A stretch of 63,839 nucleotides of DNA, counting the filler, from Cercozoa sp. M6MM (taxonomy: Eukaryota > Protista > Endomyxa: Ascetosporea), in assembly GCA_040357565.1 (NCBI GenBank). It is 15 parts of 15 records of this genome, joined end to end, with 100 filler letters (N's around TTAATTAATTAA, not from the genome) between each part and the next. Parts side by side here need not be neighbours in the genome. Positions count along the whole stretch, not along the records: positions 1 to 3,110 come from JBDODJ010001606.1; positions 3,211 to 5,638 come from JBDODJ010001770.1; positions 5,739 to 7,434 come from JBDODJ010001950.1; positions 7,535 to 14,117 come from JBDODJ010000716.1; 11 more parts are not named here. One strand, written 5' to 3'. The notes beneath the pieces are model-generated. The model ran no database searches. It had not been told where the DNA came from and saw only the letters and a program-made list of their open reading frames with translations. Below, in pieces: positions 1-11,239 of this stretch. The translations under genes were made by a program, and so were the position numbers. Every line of letters begins with the position of its first letter. Positions within the stretch are counted from its first letter, which is position 1.

Positions 1-56
1 GGGGGGGGGGGTAAATTGGGGTAAGGATAGGAGGTAGGATAGGGGGTAGGAGGTAC

Positions 57-1123
57 CCTTGCAGAAGGGACAGCTGTGTGTGTGCACATGTCCATGTCCA
101 CCACAGCGCGGACAAGTCTGTTGCATGTTGAACACCATGCCAGGTCCCATCGAAGTTCGCACTGTCACTACGCCTTCGCCCTTGCACCTGGACAAACAAG
201 TTGGTCATGTGCATGTCTCTACGAACAACTGTGTCGGGTCAGGTACTTGCTGCACTGCCGCACGTCACCGTCCTTGGCGCCTGTGCCTCGGCACTGTGGA
301 CACACCACGTCTCTGCCAAGCGGCGGGGGGGGGGGTAAAGAGGGGGTAAAGAGGGTAAAGAGGGGGGTAAAAAGGGATACCGCTCGATCTGCAGCACGCG
401 CTCGTGGCCATTGTAGACGTCGTCGAGAGTGACGGCGAAACGCACCTGAAACTCGCGTGCTGGCACCGGGTTCTTCTGTTGCATCATTCCAGCAGAAACA
501 TTAGTGCAAAAAAGCAGTCCATGTGATTAAACTTAAAACTAAAGGATAGACTAAAGGTAGACTAAAGAATAGACTAAATGATAAACTAAAAGGATAAACA
601 GAAGGATACAGACACGCGTTCCACTGCCTTGGTGCCACCAATATCATAGGCCGCACGTTTCGCCACGTTGCCCAGTGTCTCGTAAGCGATCCTCTGCCCG
701 TACCCCTCTTACCCCCTCTTTACCCAAATAGCCCCCTTTCCCTCTTTAACCCCCCCCCCCCAAGTATGATCATACAGCCAGCTCGTATTTCTGTCGCGCT
801 TCCTCGCGCTCGTGCTCTGGAAGTGAGCTGCAAAAAGGCACTCCGAATCCCACTCCAAATACTGTAAACACCAAAACTGGGGTACTTGGTGCGGTCTGGG
901 TGCAGCTTGCGCGACAATTTACGCCAGGCGCCTTTAATTTCCGCATCCGACGCGTTTCTCTTCAGTCCCAAGTGATCATAGTACCTGAGCGCAAAGTGAA
1001 AGGATACATCTACTTTATTAAGTGCCAGCATTACCGACAGGGCAGGACTTACTCATTATTCAACGCGTCGGCAAAGCTTGCCAGTAAAACCAACAGAAAA
1101 AGAACGCAGGGAATATGCTTCAT
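57..1123 (-). CDS. ER-type DnaJ/Hsp40 with signal peptide and zinc finger (Scj1/ERdj3-like); multi-exon, 3'-truncated
   Basis: Spliced reading gives a signal peptide ([20 protein letters not shown]), a J-domain ([33 protein letters not shown], with HPD), VTLDDVYNG, and CxxCxGxG repeats (CKGEG...[11 protein letters not shown]...CPFCK). Confidence 0.9.
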
Positions 1124-1376
1124 CCTGGCCTGAGAGCTTCTCCAGCCAGGCTGTGCCTCCCAGATAACTCAGTGAATTACGCCACGCCTGCACTGCACAG
1201 GACACGCGTGCAGCCGGTTTGGTTACTGTTTATGTCAAGTTGTAGCCACGCGAAGAATACAACACAGCACATCGTTGCTCGATCGCTTGGACAACGTGTC
1301 CAGCGCCGTGTGTGGGGTGCTTTAAGGCGCTCTACCGTTTAGGGACGGTTTTGTTCTCTATTCAACCGTGTCTTTG

Positions 1377-2958
1377 ATGAACACCAGCCAGGACGAATTC
1401 GGTCTGGAACCACCTGCCTCCATCTGTACCATGCCTTGTGAGCGCGTTAATTTGCAAAAACTTGATGGGCCGACTGGGTTTCTCCAATCAAACAGCAAAC
1501 TTGAAGTTGATTGATCTGCGCAGCGCAAAGCGTGCACGTCAGCGCGAGCGAAACGTCGCACGAAGTGCACGAGGAGCTCGACGAAGAGGTCTTTGTTGTC
1601 AGAAGCTCGTTCACGCTGTTGATTCTTTTTTTGTATTTTCAGGAACTGCAAGGTCGCCGACTTGCGGTTCGCAAAAACAACAAATGATTCATTGCGAAGC
1701 TTCATGAAGATAGCTTTGATGGAGTTGCGTGTTCTGGCAGAATGCTCTAAACGACTTTGTGCGCGTGTGTCGTGAACAAACGCACGCCGATGCTTTCGAC
1801 GCGTTTGTTGCAGCAGCAGTGAGTTTCGGCGTTTTCTGCCATCAGTTTAAGGGTGCGTAAGCTGTAATTTTTGGCTGCAGGCCACGCTGCCGCCGCCGAA
1901 AAGCGACGGAGACGACTTTCTGACGCGTGCACTCGTTGCTGTATTCTCCGCCATTTTTAAAAGCTTTCGACTGAAACTGATGTTGCACAGGCATTCGAAA
2001 GCACTCGCTGCAGCGAGGACTGTTCGAGGTACTTGCTTTTATTCTAAGCTCAGCTTTGTGCACTTTGAAAGAGCGAAAGCACGAAACTTTCGAGGAAAAC
2101 TGGAGGTGGAAAAACCGAAAACTGATAACTAATAAAAAAAAACTGAAGGGTCCGAAACGCGCTGGAGCACGAGTTGTGGCGCCGCGTGCTGTCGTTGCTT
2201 CAGTTGCCGCAGAAGGCATTCCGCGGCTGTTCTACTGGCAGGTAATACTGCCTGGTTCCAGTATCTTCAAAAAGTTCTGTGATCAATTTGGTTTGTACAC
2301 TTGTGTTGGTTTGCACACTGCTGCAGTGTCCAACACGCGCGTCAGCTGGCTTTGGTGGCAGCGATGCGGCGGCGCTTTCCTCTGCTGGCCAGTGAAGGCG
2401 CCACCTGCATCTCGCGCACGCCCGTCGTGTATCAGAGGTGTTTTACCTCCCTGTTTACCCCCTGTTTCCCGTTGTTTACCCTTTGTTTACTCCTTTGTTT
2501 TACACCCCCGTTTACCTTCGTGTTTACCCCTGTTTGCCCCTTTGTTTACCCTTTGTTTATCCTCCTGTTTATCCTCCTGTTTATCCTCCTGTTTATCCTC
2601 CTGTTTACCCCTGTTTACTCCCTGTTTACCCTCTGTTCACCCCCTACCCAGAGAGCAGAACATGCGGCACGCGGCGGCACTGGGCGCCTTGTTGAGCGAA
2701 GCGTCGTTCGCGTCGGCGCCGCTGCAGAAACCAGAGAAACACGGCGACGACAGCAGCGAGGAGCGACAGCAGATGCGCTGTGGTAGCTTTTGCTTCCTTT
2801 TGGACCAAGGATCATCTGACTGGGTGACTGGGGATCATCTGGGATCATTTGGGATCATCTGGGATCATTTGGGATCAGTCACAAGCGACAGTATCGACTG
2901 CGCGCAGTTGAGTCGTTTTCTCGACAAAGACAAAACCAAGGGCAGACTGCCGACTTTG
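1377..2958 (+). CDS. Multi-exon gene of unknown product, divergent from DnaJ, 3'-truncated
   Basis: GC-rich exon-like blocks separated by GT...CAG introns (e.g. 2438-2650, filled with CCCCTGTTTA repeats). No family recognised; start uncertain. Confidence 0.35.
2438..2650 (+). repeat. Intronic degenerate decamer array (CCCCTGTTTA/TCCTCCTGTTTA)n
   Basis: Directly visible and bounded by GT...CAG. The same motif family recurs at 2959-3110, 7000-7310, 58040-58620 and 59560-59620. Confidence 0.9.
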
Positions 2959-3110
2959 GTGTGTTTACCCCCCTGTTTACCCCCCTGTTTACCCCCCTGT
3001 TTACCCTGTTTACCCCCTGTTTACCCTCCTTTACACCCTACATACTCCCTGCTTACCCCCTGTTTATCCTGCTGTTTACCCCCTACTTACTCCCTACTTA
3101 CTCCCTGTTT

Positions 3111-3210
3111 NNNNNNNNNNNNNNNNNNNNNNNNNNNNNNNNNNNNNNNNNNNNTTAATTAATTAANNNNNNNNNNNNNNNNNNNNNNNNNNNNNNNNNN
3201 NNNNNNNNNN
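3111..3210. other. Artificial contig linker (N-run, TTAATTAATTAA, N-run); 14 such linkers in the window
   Basis: The same ~100-nt spacer with six-frame stops also starts near 5639, 7435, 14118, 17723, 20548, 22109, 23420, 29917, 48147, 51794, 57593, 59623 and 61028. Confidence 0.99.
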
Positions 3211-3229
3211 CCCCCCCCCCTCGTGCAGG

Positions 3230-3753
3230 TGCTGCAACGCGACGTGGACAGACACCATGCACCGGCACTCAAGATCATGTTCGATGCCGTCCGTGACCAT
3301 CCGACTGTGCATTTGGACCATACCCCTACTTGCCGCCTCCGCTTGTTACCCTGTTCCTTTGCACCCTCCCTAGGCCTCGTACGCTCAAAGACGCGCGATG
3401 ATTGACGGCTTGCCGCGCGAGATTGGTGCGTCTGTTTTTTGTTCCACTTACTGCTACGCTTACCCCCCTGTGTGTGCAGGCGGCGCCTCGGATAAGGAGC
3501 ACGCTCCGTACCGCGAGCAGGTGCTCATGACGTGGAGCGAGAAGGGCGACGTCAACTCGCGTGTCGAGTTCACCATCAAGGTACACCTCCACCTTCCTTC
3601 CTACGCTGCTACCTATCCTACCCCCTGTTACTCGTCGCTCTTCTGCAGGCTGCGTCTGGCTGGGACGAGAGTTTCCTCGAGTGGGTGCGCAGTCGTCCCG
3701 TCGAGGCCGTCGTCGAAACCTCCAGCGGCGAGGACGAGGACGAGTTCGAGTAG
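3230..3753 (+). CDS. 3' exons of a gene of unknown function with an acidic C-terminus
   Basis: Exons joined by short GT-AG introns end in ...EAVVETSSGEDEDEFE* (TAG 3751-3753). Confidence 0.55.
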
Positions 3754-3921
3754 ACCGCACGCTGAAAGCATCGCACTCGAGATTCCCACACCTGTTCTGT
3801 CACCTATCGCTTGTGTGTGCCTGTGTTGCTGGCTGCAGGCCGCGAGCATTGACTCGACTAAGATCGAATGTATTACTCCCGGCCCTCAGCAGACCATTTC
3901 GTTTCGTTTACTGTGCGGTGC

Positions 3922-4267
3922 TGTTACGGACTGACTCAGAATATGCGACCAGTTGGTCTCCCATCTAGAAGCAAAAGGGAAAGAAGAGTTAAGAGTTTGT
4001 CGCTCTGCGATTGAGCCTGCCAGTCGGCAAAGAGAAAACCTCGTCTACTTGGCACCAGCTGAGAGAAGGGGTTTTTTGTGCAATCTTCTCACGATTTTCC
4101 CCGTGACGGAAGATTCGTCTACATCTCCGTCTAGTTTGACGTAAGAACCCATTTGGGGGAATTCTTCGCTTCGCTTCTACAAACTGATTAACTTGATTCC
4201 CTCGCTTCGTCCAACAGACGACTTACTTCTTTTATTTAGTTCTTTTCACTGACAACCGTCAGTAACA
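3922..4267 (+). mobile_element. Solo LTR (346 bp) of the Ty3/Gypsy element at 17823-20547
   Basis: TGTTAC...GTAACA inverted termini. The 5' part matches 20433-20547 (GACTGACTCAGA...GACCAGTTGGTCTCCCATC...AAAGAAGAGTTAAGAGTTTGT). Flanks GTGC/GCGC fit a 4-bp target-site duplication with one C>T change. Confidence 0.9.
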
Positions 4268-4567
4268 GCGCTGTACCTACACTACCGTCACGGTGATGGC
4301 TGCCGTAGTTGTAGCAGCCGCGATGGTGATTACATCAGTGCGGCGCGATGATGCCGGTCGGGTGCAGTGTTCGGTTGTGTACTGTACCAACCTTGAAGAT
4401 GTCCCGGGGAACTTCAAACGAAACGGAGGGTATGTCCAAGCGCTAGGGTCACAGCTTAGCCAAGGGGCAGCGCTTGGAAGTTGCCTGACACTTTTAAAGC
4501 GGCCTCTGTTTTTTCCCGAGTTTTTTATTTTCGTTTATATGGCTGGGCATTTCAAGTCAATTAGAGT

Positions 4568-5598
4568 TTAGAGGTCGCGCGTCAGTCCGGACCACCAGTT
4601 GGCGGCGGCACTGCCCCACCTGTCGACACACAAGCCCACCAGGGACGACACATACAAGATGGCACACAGAGACAGAGACAGAGTCGAAGGAGGACTGTAC
4701 TCGCGGGCCTTGTCGCCGGCAGTGGAGGCAAGCTGCTCCCAGTCGACGTCGCCAACTGTCACAAAAAAAACAAAATAACAGCCACACTACCAGGGGCAGA
4801 GTACATGCAGACTGGTTGGCAGAAGACTGAGATGGCTACACATGAACACATGTACATACAAAACGCAAACGGAAGGAGTGGTAGGTAGTACCCCAGCAGC
4901 AGTAGGCGTCTCCCGGCCAAAGTAGGCATCGCTGCTGATCGATGTGGCCGAGACAAACTTCGCGCGATCGGTCTAACAATCAGAGGGTAGGGAGAGGGGG
5001 TAGGGGCTTAAACAGATAGGTACCGTCGTAGGCTGCTGATGTCGCTGTTGGTGGTGCTGCTGCTGCTGCTGCTGGTAGGTGTTGTCGCTCGACAGCGAGG
5101 TCACCTTGGGTACACTCGGTCTCGTAGCCGTCACCTGACTGGTGCCACTCCTACCGAGAGGGCACAATCAACGGGGAAGAGGGGTAACGGTGGGGGGGGG
5201 GGGGGGGGGGTTAAAATAAACACACCGCGAACTCGACATTGGTGACGACTTGCGCTGCTCCTCCTTCTGATCCACAAAGGCACTGCTGCCTCCCTGCACA
5301 GGATGGGGGTAGAGCTAATGAAAGAAAGTGCAAGCGGGCAGAGTAAGCGCACCTGCACCTGCGACAACGCTGCGAAATCAAAGCCGGAACCCGTCTGCAC
5401 ACGGGGGGAGAGGTAAAGAAGGATACGGTATAAAGAGAGGTAAGAAGGAGAAGGGTTAAAAAGACAAACTGCACCGACAGCGAAAACTCCTTGTCCTGGT
5501 TCAGACCATCCTCCTGGACCTGCTCGTCCTGAAAGTCGAGATCGTCGAAAAAGGCGTCACCAAAGTCGCCCAGACTGTCGTTCACCACAACAGGTGTC
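4568..5598 (-). CDS. ArfGAP2/3 (Glo3-like) C-terminal exons
   Basis: Glo3-type motif DRAKFVSATSISSDAYFGRE, then an amphipathic tail (...AAANWWSGLTRDL*). The GAP domain lies beyond the contig end. Confidence 0.7.
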
Positions 5599-5744
5599 TG
5601 CACAGGGGAGGATAGTGGATAAATGATGGGGGGGGGGGNNNNNNNNNNNNNNNNNNNNNNNNNNNNNNNNNNNNNNNNNNNNTTAATTAATTAANNNNNN
5701 NNNNNNNNNNNNNNNNNNNNNNNNNNNNNNNNNNNNNNGGGGGT

Positions 5745-7412
5745 AAAACCGTCCTCCGACGGCAGTTCAGTCAGTGTGCGAACTCGTTCGAACGCGGTGA
5801 AATACGTGTCCACATTGGCCATGCCTGAAAGGGAGGAGGTAAGGGGGAAAGAGGTAAGGAGGTAGGGGGGCTAAACTCACCCAACAAAGCGACCTGTGCC
5901 ATGATGACCAACTGCGCCAATCCCAAAACTAACGTCGCATGGTCACGCGCTTCCGCATTCGGCACCAGGGCGTACCCTGGGGGGGGGGGGGCCCCCCCCC
6001 CCCCCGCCCCCGGGCCCCCGCAAAACCGGGGGGTAAAACTACGTTGTCGCAAGAAGAGCTGCACAAAAGCCTCCAAAGCGGCCAACACGAGCGCCACGAT
6101 GCCCACCACGTCGATCCAGAATGCGTACCTGCGATAGGGGGGTAAAGGGTAGAGAGGGGAGGGGTAAAGATGCACCAAGTAAGCAGTCGCTGGAAGGTCA
6201 ACTCAGCGCCAGTGTTGATGTCCAAACGGTGCCACAGGTGAGCCCTAATTAAGGGTGCTCTCTGCGCCTGTCGTACCACATCGATCCCGGCCACTGCACT
6301 GTCCGGACCGACGCCGCCCAGACACGCGTCGAACAAAGCGTACACCGGTGCTCGCGACGCCGCCTCGAACAGTCGCAGTGGCACTGGGGGGGTAAGTAGG
6401 GGGTAAAGTAGGGTGTAAGTAGGGGTATGTGGGGGGCAAGTAGGGAAGTAAATGTGGGGGGGGGGGGTAAGTAGGGAGGTAAGTAGGGGGTAAGTAGAGA
6501 AGTAAGTAGGAGGTGAGTAGGGGGTAAATAGAGGGGGAGGTAAGTAGGGGGTAAGTAGGGGGTAAGTAGAGAGGTAAGTAGGTAAGTAGGGGGGTAAGTA
6601 GGGGGGTAAAACCAGAGACACGCGAGAATCGACGCAGCAACGCGACGCAACACATCACGAACAATCCAACGATTATTGCTCCTAACGTGGGGGGGGGGTT
6701 GTGGGGTAAGGGGGTGGGGGAAAGGGGGTGGGGGTAAGAAGGTGGGATAAGGAGTGAGGGTAAGGGCGCAATACGAGGCCACGTGGCTTTTTTGGACAGC
6801 ACGAAAATCAGCATTCCGAATGCGTACAGAATGTAGAAGGTCGCCTCCTCACTCACCTAGGGGAGATAAAGGGGTGGGAGGTAAGGGGTAGGGGGCGGGG
6901 GTAAGGGGAGTACCTCAATGAGTCGCGTTTCGGCGACATACTGGTCAGTGCAGAGTCGGTTGATGACTTCGTTGGTCCCGCTGGTGCCTCTGTACACACA
7001 GTTTTACCCCCCTGTTTACCCCCCGTATACTCCCTGTTCACCCCCTACCTTTGAGTGTCGCCAGTGGCGTCCAATTCCGACGGCGTCGTCGCTAAAACGG
7101 CCGCTTGTGCTCGCAACAAGTTACGCTGACAGGCACGGATGCACTGTTACACACACACAGGGGGTAAACAAGGGGTAAACAGAAGGCAAACAGGGGAGGT
7201 AAACAGAAGGCAAACAGGGGGTTAAACGGGGTAAATGGGGGTGGGGGGAAACAGGTATCGGGGGGGGGGGGGGACAGGGGTATAAAGGGAGTGAATAGGA
7301 GGGTAAAACCAACCACAAGTGCATGCATGACAGTCCACGAAACTGACAGCGCCGCCAGCGAACAAACCAAAGCGACGAAACCGACGTCGCGCAGCTCGTT
7401 CTCCAGGGCCTC
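5745..7412 (-). CDS. Internal exons of a multi-pass membrane protein, family unknown
   Basis: Hydrophobic exons (VGFVALVCSLAALSVSW; TFYILYAFGMLIFVL; YAFWIDVVGIVALVLAALEAFVQLF; TLVLGLAQLVIMAQVALL) between repeat-filled GT-AG introns. Confidence 0.55.
6385..6610 (-). repeat. Intronic array (CCCCTACTTA)n on the sense strand, (GGGGTAAGTA)n on the + strand
   Basis: Many degenerate copies directly visible within one intron. Confidence 0.9.
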
Positions 7413-7579
7413 CTGGGGGGGGGGGGGGGGGGGGNNNNNNNNNNNNNNNNNNNNNNNNNNNNNNNNNNNNNNNNNNNNTTAATTAATTAANNNNNNNNNN
7501 NNNNNNNNNNNNNNNNNNNNNNNNNNNNNNNNNNGGGGGGGGGGGGTAAAGGGGGGAGAGAGAGAGAGAGAGAGTTTAC

Positions 7580-9860
7580 AAGCAGACTCATCTTAATCGA
7601 AGCTGCTTTAACGATCCGATGTTTGCGTTTCCATAGAAACCACAGTGACGATAACAGCGACAAAGCAGCAGCGCAAATGAACAGCGAGAGTCCAATCGCT
7701 TCGGTGCTATCTTCAATTTTCTAATAAACATATGATCATATGACATCTACACACGGATGCATACAGGAAGTGCGTCTGATTGTATACTATATTATTTTAC
7801 GTTGTCCACAAAACAGCGGTCAATCAGGTAGCTCCGGACTGACGTATCAAACGGCGCCAGACCCGGCTGTTCTGTTGCTGTAACAGGTACACGCTTTAAG
7901 CAGCAGATCCATCCCCCTGAACAAACGCTCCATGCTTAAATGATGTACCAATCTCGTAAAAGGAGTCGTCGATGTCGCTGCAGCCCGGCAGTTCGGCTGA
8001 TGGAATCAACTTTGCAAACTTGCTTTCAAACTTGTTGACGTAGTTGCACGCCAACTGCACTTCAAGTTGTTAGACATTTTGCTCATAGCGCACGGATTGG
8101 CGAATGAACATCAGCTGTGGCACCTCGTGGGTAGTCATATTTCCCGACACGTCCTGTGCAAAGGAAAAATGATGTTATCACTGTTGTGCGCTGAAACTGC
8201 CCAAGGGCAACGAGTGGTACTGTAAAATACTGATGCATTTCCACTTAGTACGTATACTGTACCTTGTGATTCGACATCCAGTATGTGTAGTCCTCGTACG
8301 ACAATTCAAAGCTTTCAAGGAATTTGTGTGCGATCAAGCTGATATCTCTAAGGTCAGCGCGGTATATCTTGAGCAAAGGCGTTCGCTGCCAATCGCAGTC
8401 GACGGCATCTTCTGGCGCTTCGAGTTGTAAATAATCAGCTTTCATCAGCTACTGTATATACTGAAGTTTAGTTTGCACATACGTAGTTTGTACCTCCTGG
8501 GGGATACAATGTTCGAATGTCCCATTTGTTAGCACATGTGGGAGAAAATGGTGGAAACGTGATCCGTTGGAAGTAATTGCTGCCCATCGTGAGCTTGTTG
8601 TTTCTACAGGTAAGTTTATATTTTACATTGGAAAGAACGGCAAAATTGAAGACTCAGACTGGCTTGAACGAGTTGGATAAATTTACTTCATTGCATCATA
8701 AAGCAAGACCTTCCAGTCTTCGTATTCGCCAGTGGGTATTAACGTAAATGTCAAGTTGAAGTGACAGCTCTGTAGAAAATAAGTTGTATCAGTTTCTTCA
8801 AGAAACGGGAGAAGAATTATTTCAGTTTCCTCAAGAAACTGCACCATTTGTGTTAACCAGCTCTGCGTTAATGTACAGGTCCGGTATTCAGACAGAATGA
8901 AATGGCAGACAGAATGAAATAAACATACCTCCCAGCCCACGCCATGACTGATGACAGGAATGCAGTTGTAGCTGTGGGGATTCGACGTGTTTAAGCTCGT
9001 TTCGTTGAGTTGGCAGGCAGGAGAAAACCACTTCCCCCCTATGCAGCCGAGAGCATCGGTACAGCGTGTCGTATTCCCTAAGTAAGCTGAATCTGGCTCA
9101 AACAGTTCCGACAAGTTCGCATGCACGATGTAGCTTCGATAGGCCTCTAAACGACTTTCAGTTTAATCAACCCATCCCTACCGAGTACATTTCAACTGAG
9201 ATACCCAAGAACAGTAGAGGGTGTTCTTCACTTAAAGCTCTTGGGAAATACAAACCATTGACGCCTAGGAAGCCCAACGAACTAAAATCCACAAGCCCTT
9301 CCTCAAATGCGTATTTCTGGATTTTGCCCTGGTTGTCCTGCGATTGGCGTGGTGGAGGGAAAGAACCCAAAGCAAAGCAAAAAGTACCGTCGGCCAAACC
9401 TCGACGTCGATGTCATAACGTCTATACGCGGCGAAGGTCGCACAAATTTACTAAACTCCAAACATAAATTGTACTGTACCCGTCTACTATTTGTTTGAAT
9501 ATCCCGTCGGGATAACTGTACTTTTCTGTTCCGACGCAAGAGACAGCAAATCAAGTACAAAAATAGCGCGAAAGTTGATGTGCTTTGTACGGGCATCGGT
9601 TCCGACTATTCTTACTTTGAAGCCTTTCCAACACTTTTTTTGTGCAGCAACTGGAGCAAGCTTTCCCCCGCAGAGACAGAAGTACCCAATGCTTCGCGAA
9701 GCACGAGAGAGACGACTTCGATAGTTATCCTTTGCGAAAGCCAGAAGTTTGACCCAATTCGTAATTCGATCCTCTCGTTGACTGGAAACAGAGAAGCACG
9801 CTTCAATGACTTTGGCACGCAGTCCGCCTGCATGCACGCGCCGAGCACAGTCATGACCTA
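7580..9860 (-). CDS. Receptor-like protein: OpuAC/ProX-type periplasmic-binding ectodomain plus the first helix of a class C (GABA-B-like) 7TM domain; truncated
   Basis: Exons read FWLSQRITIEVVSLVLREALG, DIDVEVWP, LGFLGVNGLYFP and LACNYVNKF (PBP-II pattern). A TM helix is followed by WKRKHRIVKAAS, resembling the class C TM1-ICL1 motif. Start codon uncertain. Confidence 0.6.
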
Positions 9861-10286
9861 ATAAAACTGATAAAAAATCGCGTTCAAGTGGGTGCGCGCA
9901 ACCACACGTTCTTCGAGGTTTAAACAATTCTGAGATATTACCAATACCAAAGCAGCTTGCTGCCTCACACAGCGAGTCGCGGGACGAGCAAACGGTAGGT
10001 CTGTCTAGAACTATCGTCCACTTATTGTCCCGAGCGCAGCAAATATAGCGTCTTTTCTCAGGGTCAGGTCTCATTGGAGGAAGGTATCCGCTGTTTTCGA
10101 CCCAATGAAAAAAAAAACAAAAATTCACTGACCTCATTCTCTTCGCGAGACGAAAACCACGAGAAGATTAAAACCACGTCCGACGTGCAAGAGTACCGCC
10201 GCAGACTCTTAATTCATCCCCGCAAAACCTGAGTCGGTCTGTACTAACTATATGGTTGGTGCTTCCTCTAAATCAGTGTTGAAACT

Positions 10287-11202
10287 TTAGCCTCTCCGAC
10301 CGCGCCGCCTGCGCTGTGCCGCACGCGACTGGAACATGCCGCCGCCGGCCGGTTTGTTAGGTTGCTGGAAAAACAAACAGGTAGAGAGACACACGGGTAT
10401 GACAGGAGGAACTAGTGGGTGTACAGCAGGCGTGGCGAAGGCACTCGTGTTGGCAGCGCCGCCGCCAGCGAAGGGATTCGTGTTGCCGCCAGCACCAGAG
10501 GCTGCAGCAGCGAACGGGTTGGCCGCGGCACCGCTCGTTTGACCGAACGGGTTCGATGTGTTCAACCTGCAGGCACACGTAAAATTACCAAGAGTACATG
10601 GGTTGAGAGGGGGAGACATACCCTGAACTGGCACCGCCGAAAGGATTGGTCGTGCTGCCTGTCGGCGCGCCGAAACTGAAGCCACCTCTGTCGATGTACA
10701 CATGTCGATACACACACAGACACACTTGCACTCGCATGACCGACAAGACAAGCCTACTGTGGCGCCTGTTGTTGCTGCTGCTGCTGCTGCTGAGGCTGCG
10801 CGAACGGGTTGCTTGATGACGTCTAGAGAGGTAAGGGGTAAGAGGGAGGAAGGGACAGGGGAGGGATAAAACAATACATCCGCCCCGCCGAACGAGAAAC
10901 CGCCGAATGCGCCCGTCTGCTGCTGCTCCGGCTTGGCCTGCGTCTTCTGTGCATCCAGGGGTAGAGGTAGGGGTAGGTAGGGCAGAGCAGGGCAGCAGGG
11001 GAGAAGGGTCAGAGATACAGGAGCACTGGCGAACGGGTTGCTCGACGAGGACGTGTCGCCGAAAGGGTTGACGCCGCTGCCGGCCGTGCCACTGGCGAAA
11101 GGGTTCGCCGACGTCGTCGTCGAAGAGGAGGCTAGGTATATACAAATATAAAATATGCACACACATACAATATCTATCCGTATGGACAATAAGTAGACTA
11201 TT

Positions 11203-11239
<37 letters not shown>

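Noticed and set aside
3155-3166. Recurring palindromic TTAATTAATTAA flanked by Ns as a biological repeat
   Set aside because: It is identical at every contig join and embedded in N-runs: a six-frame-stop concatenation linker. Adjacency across linkers carries no meaning.
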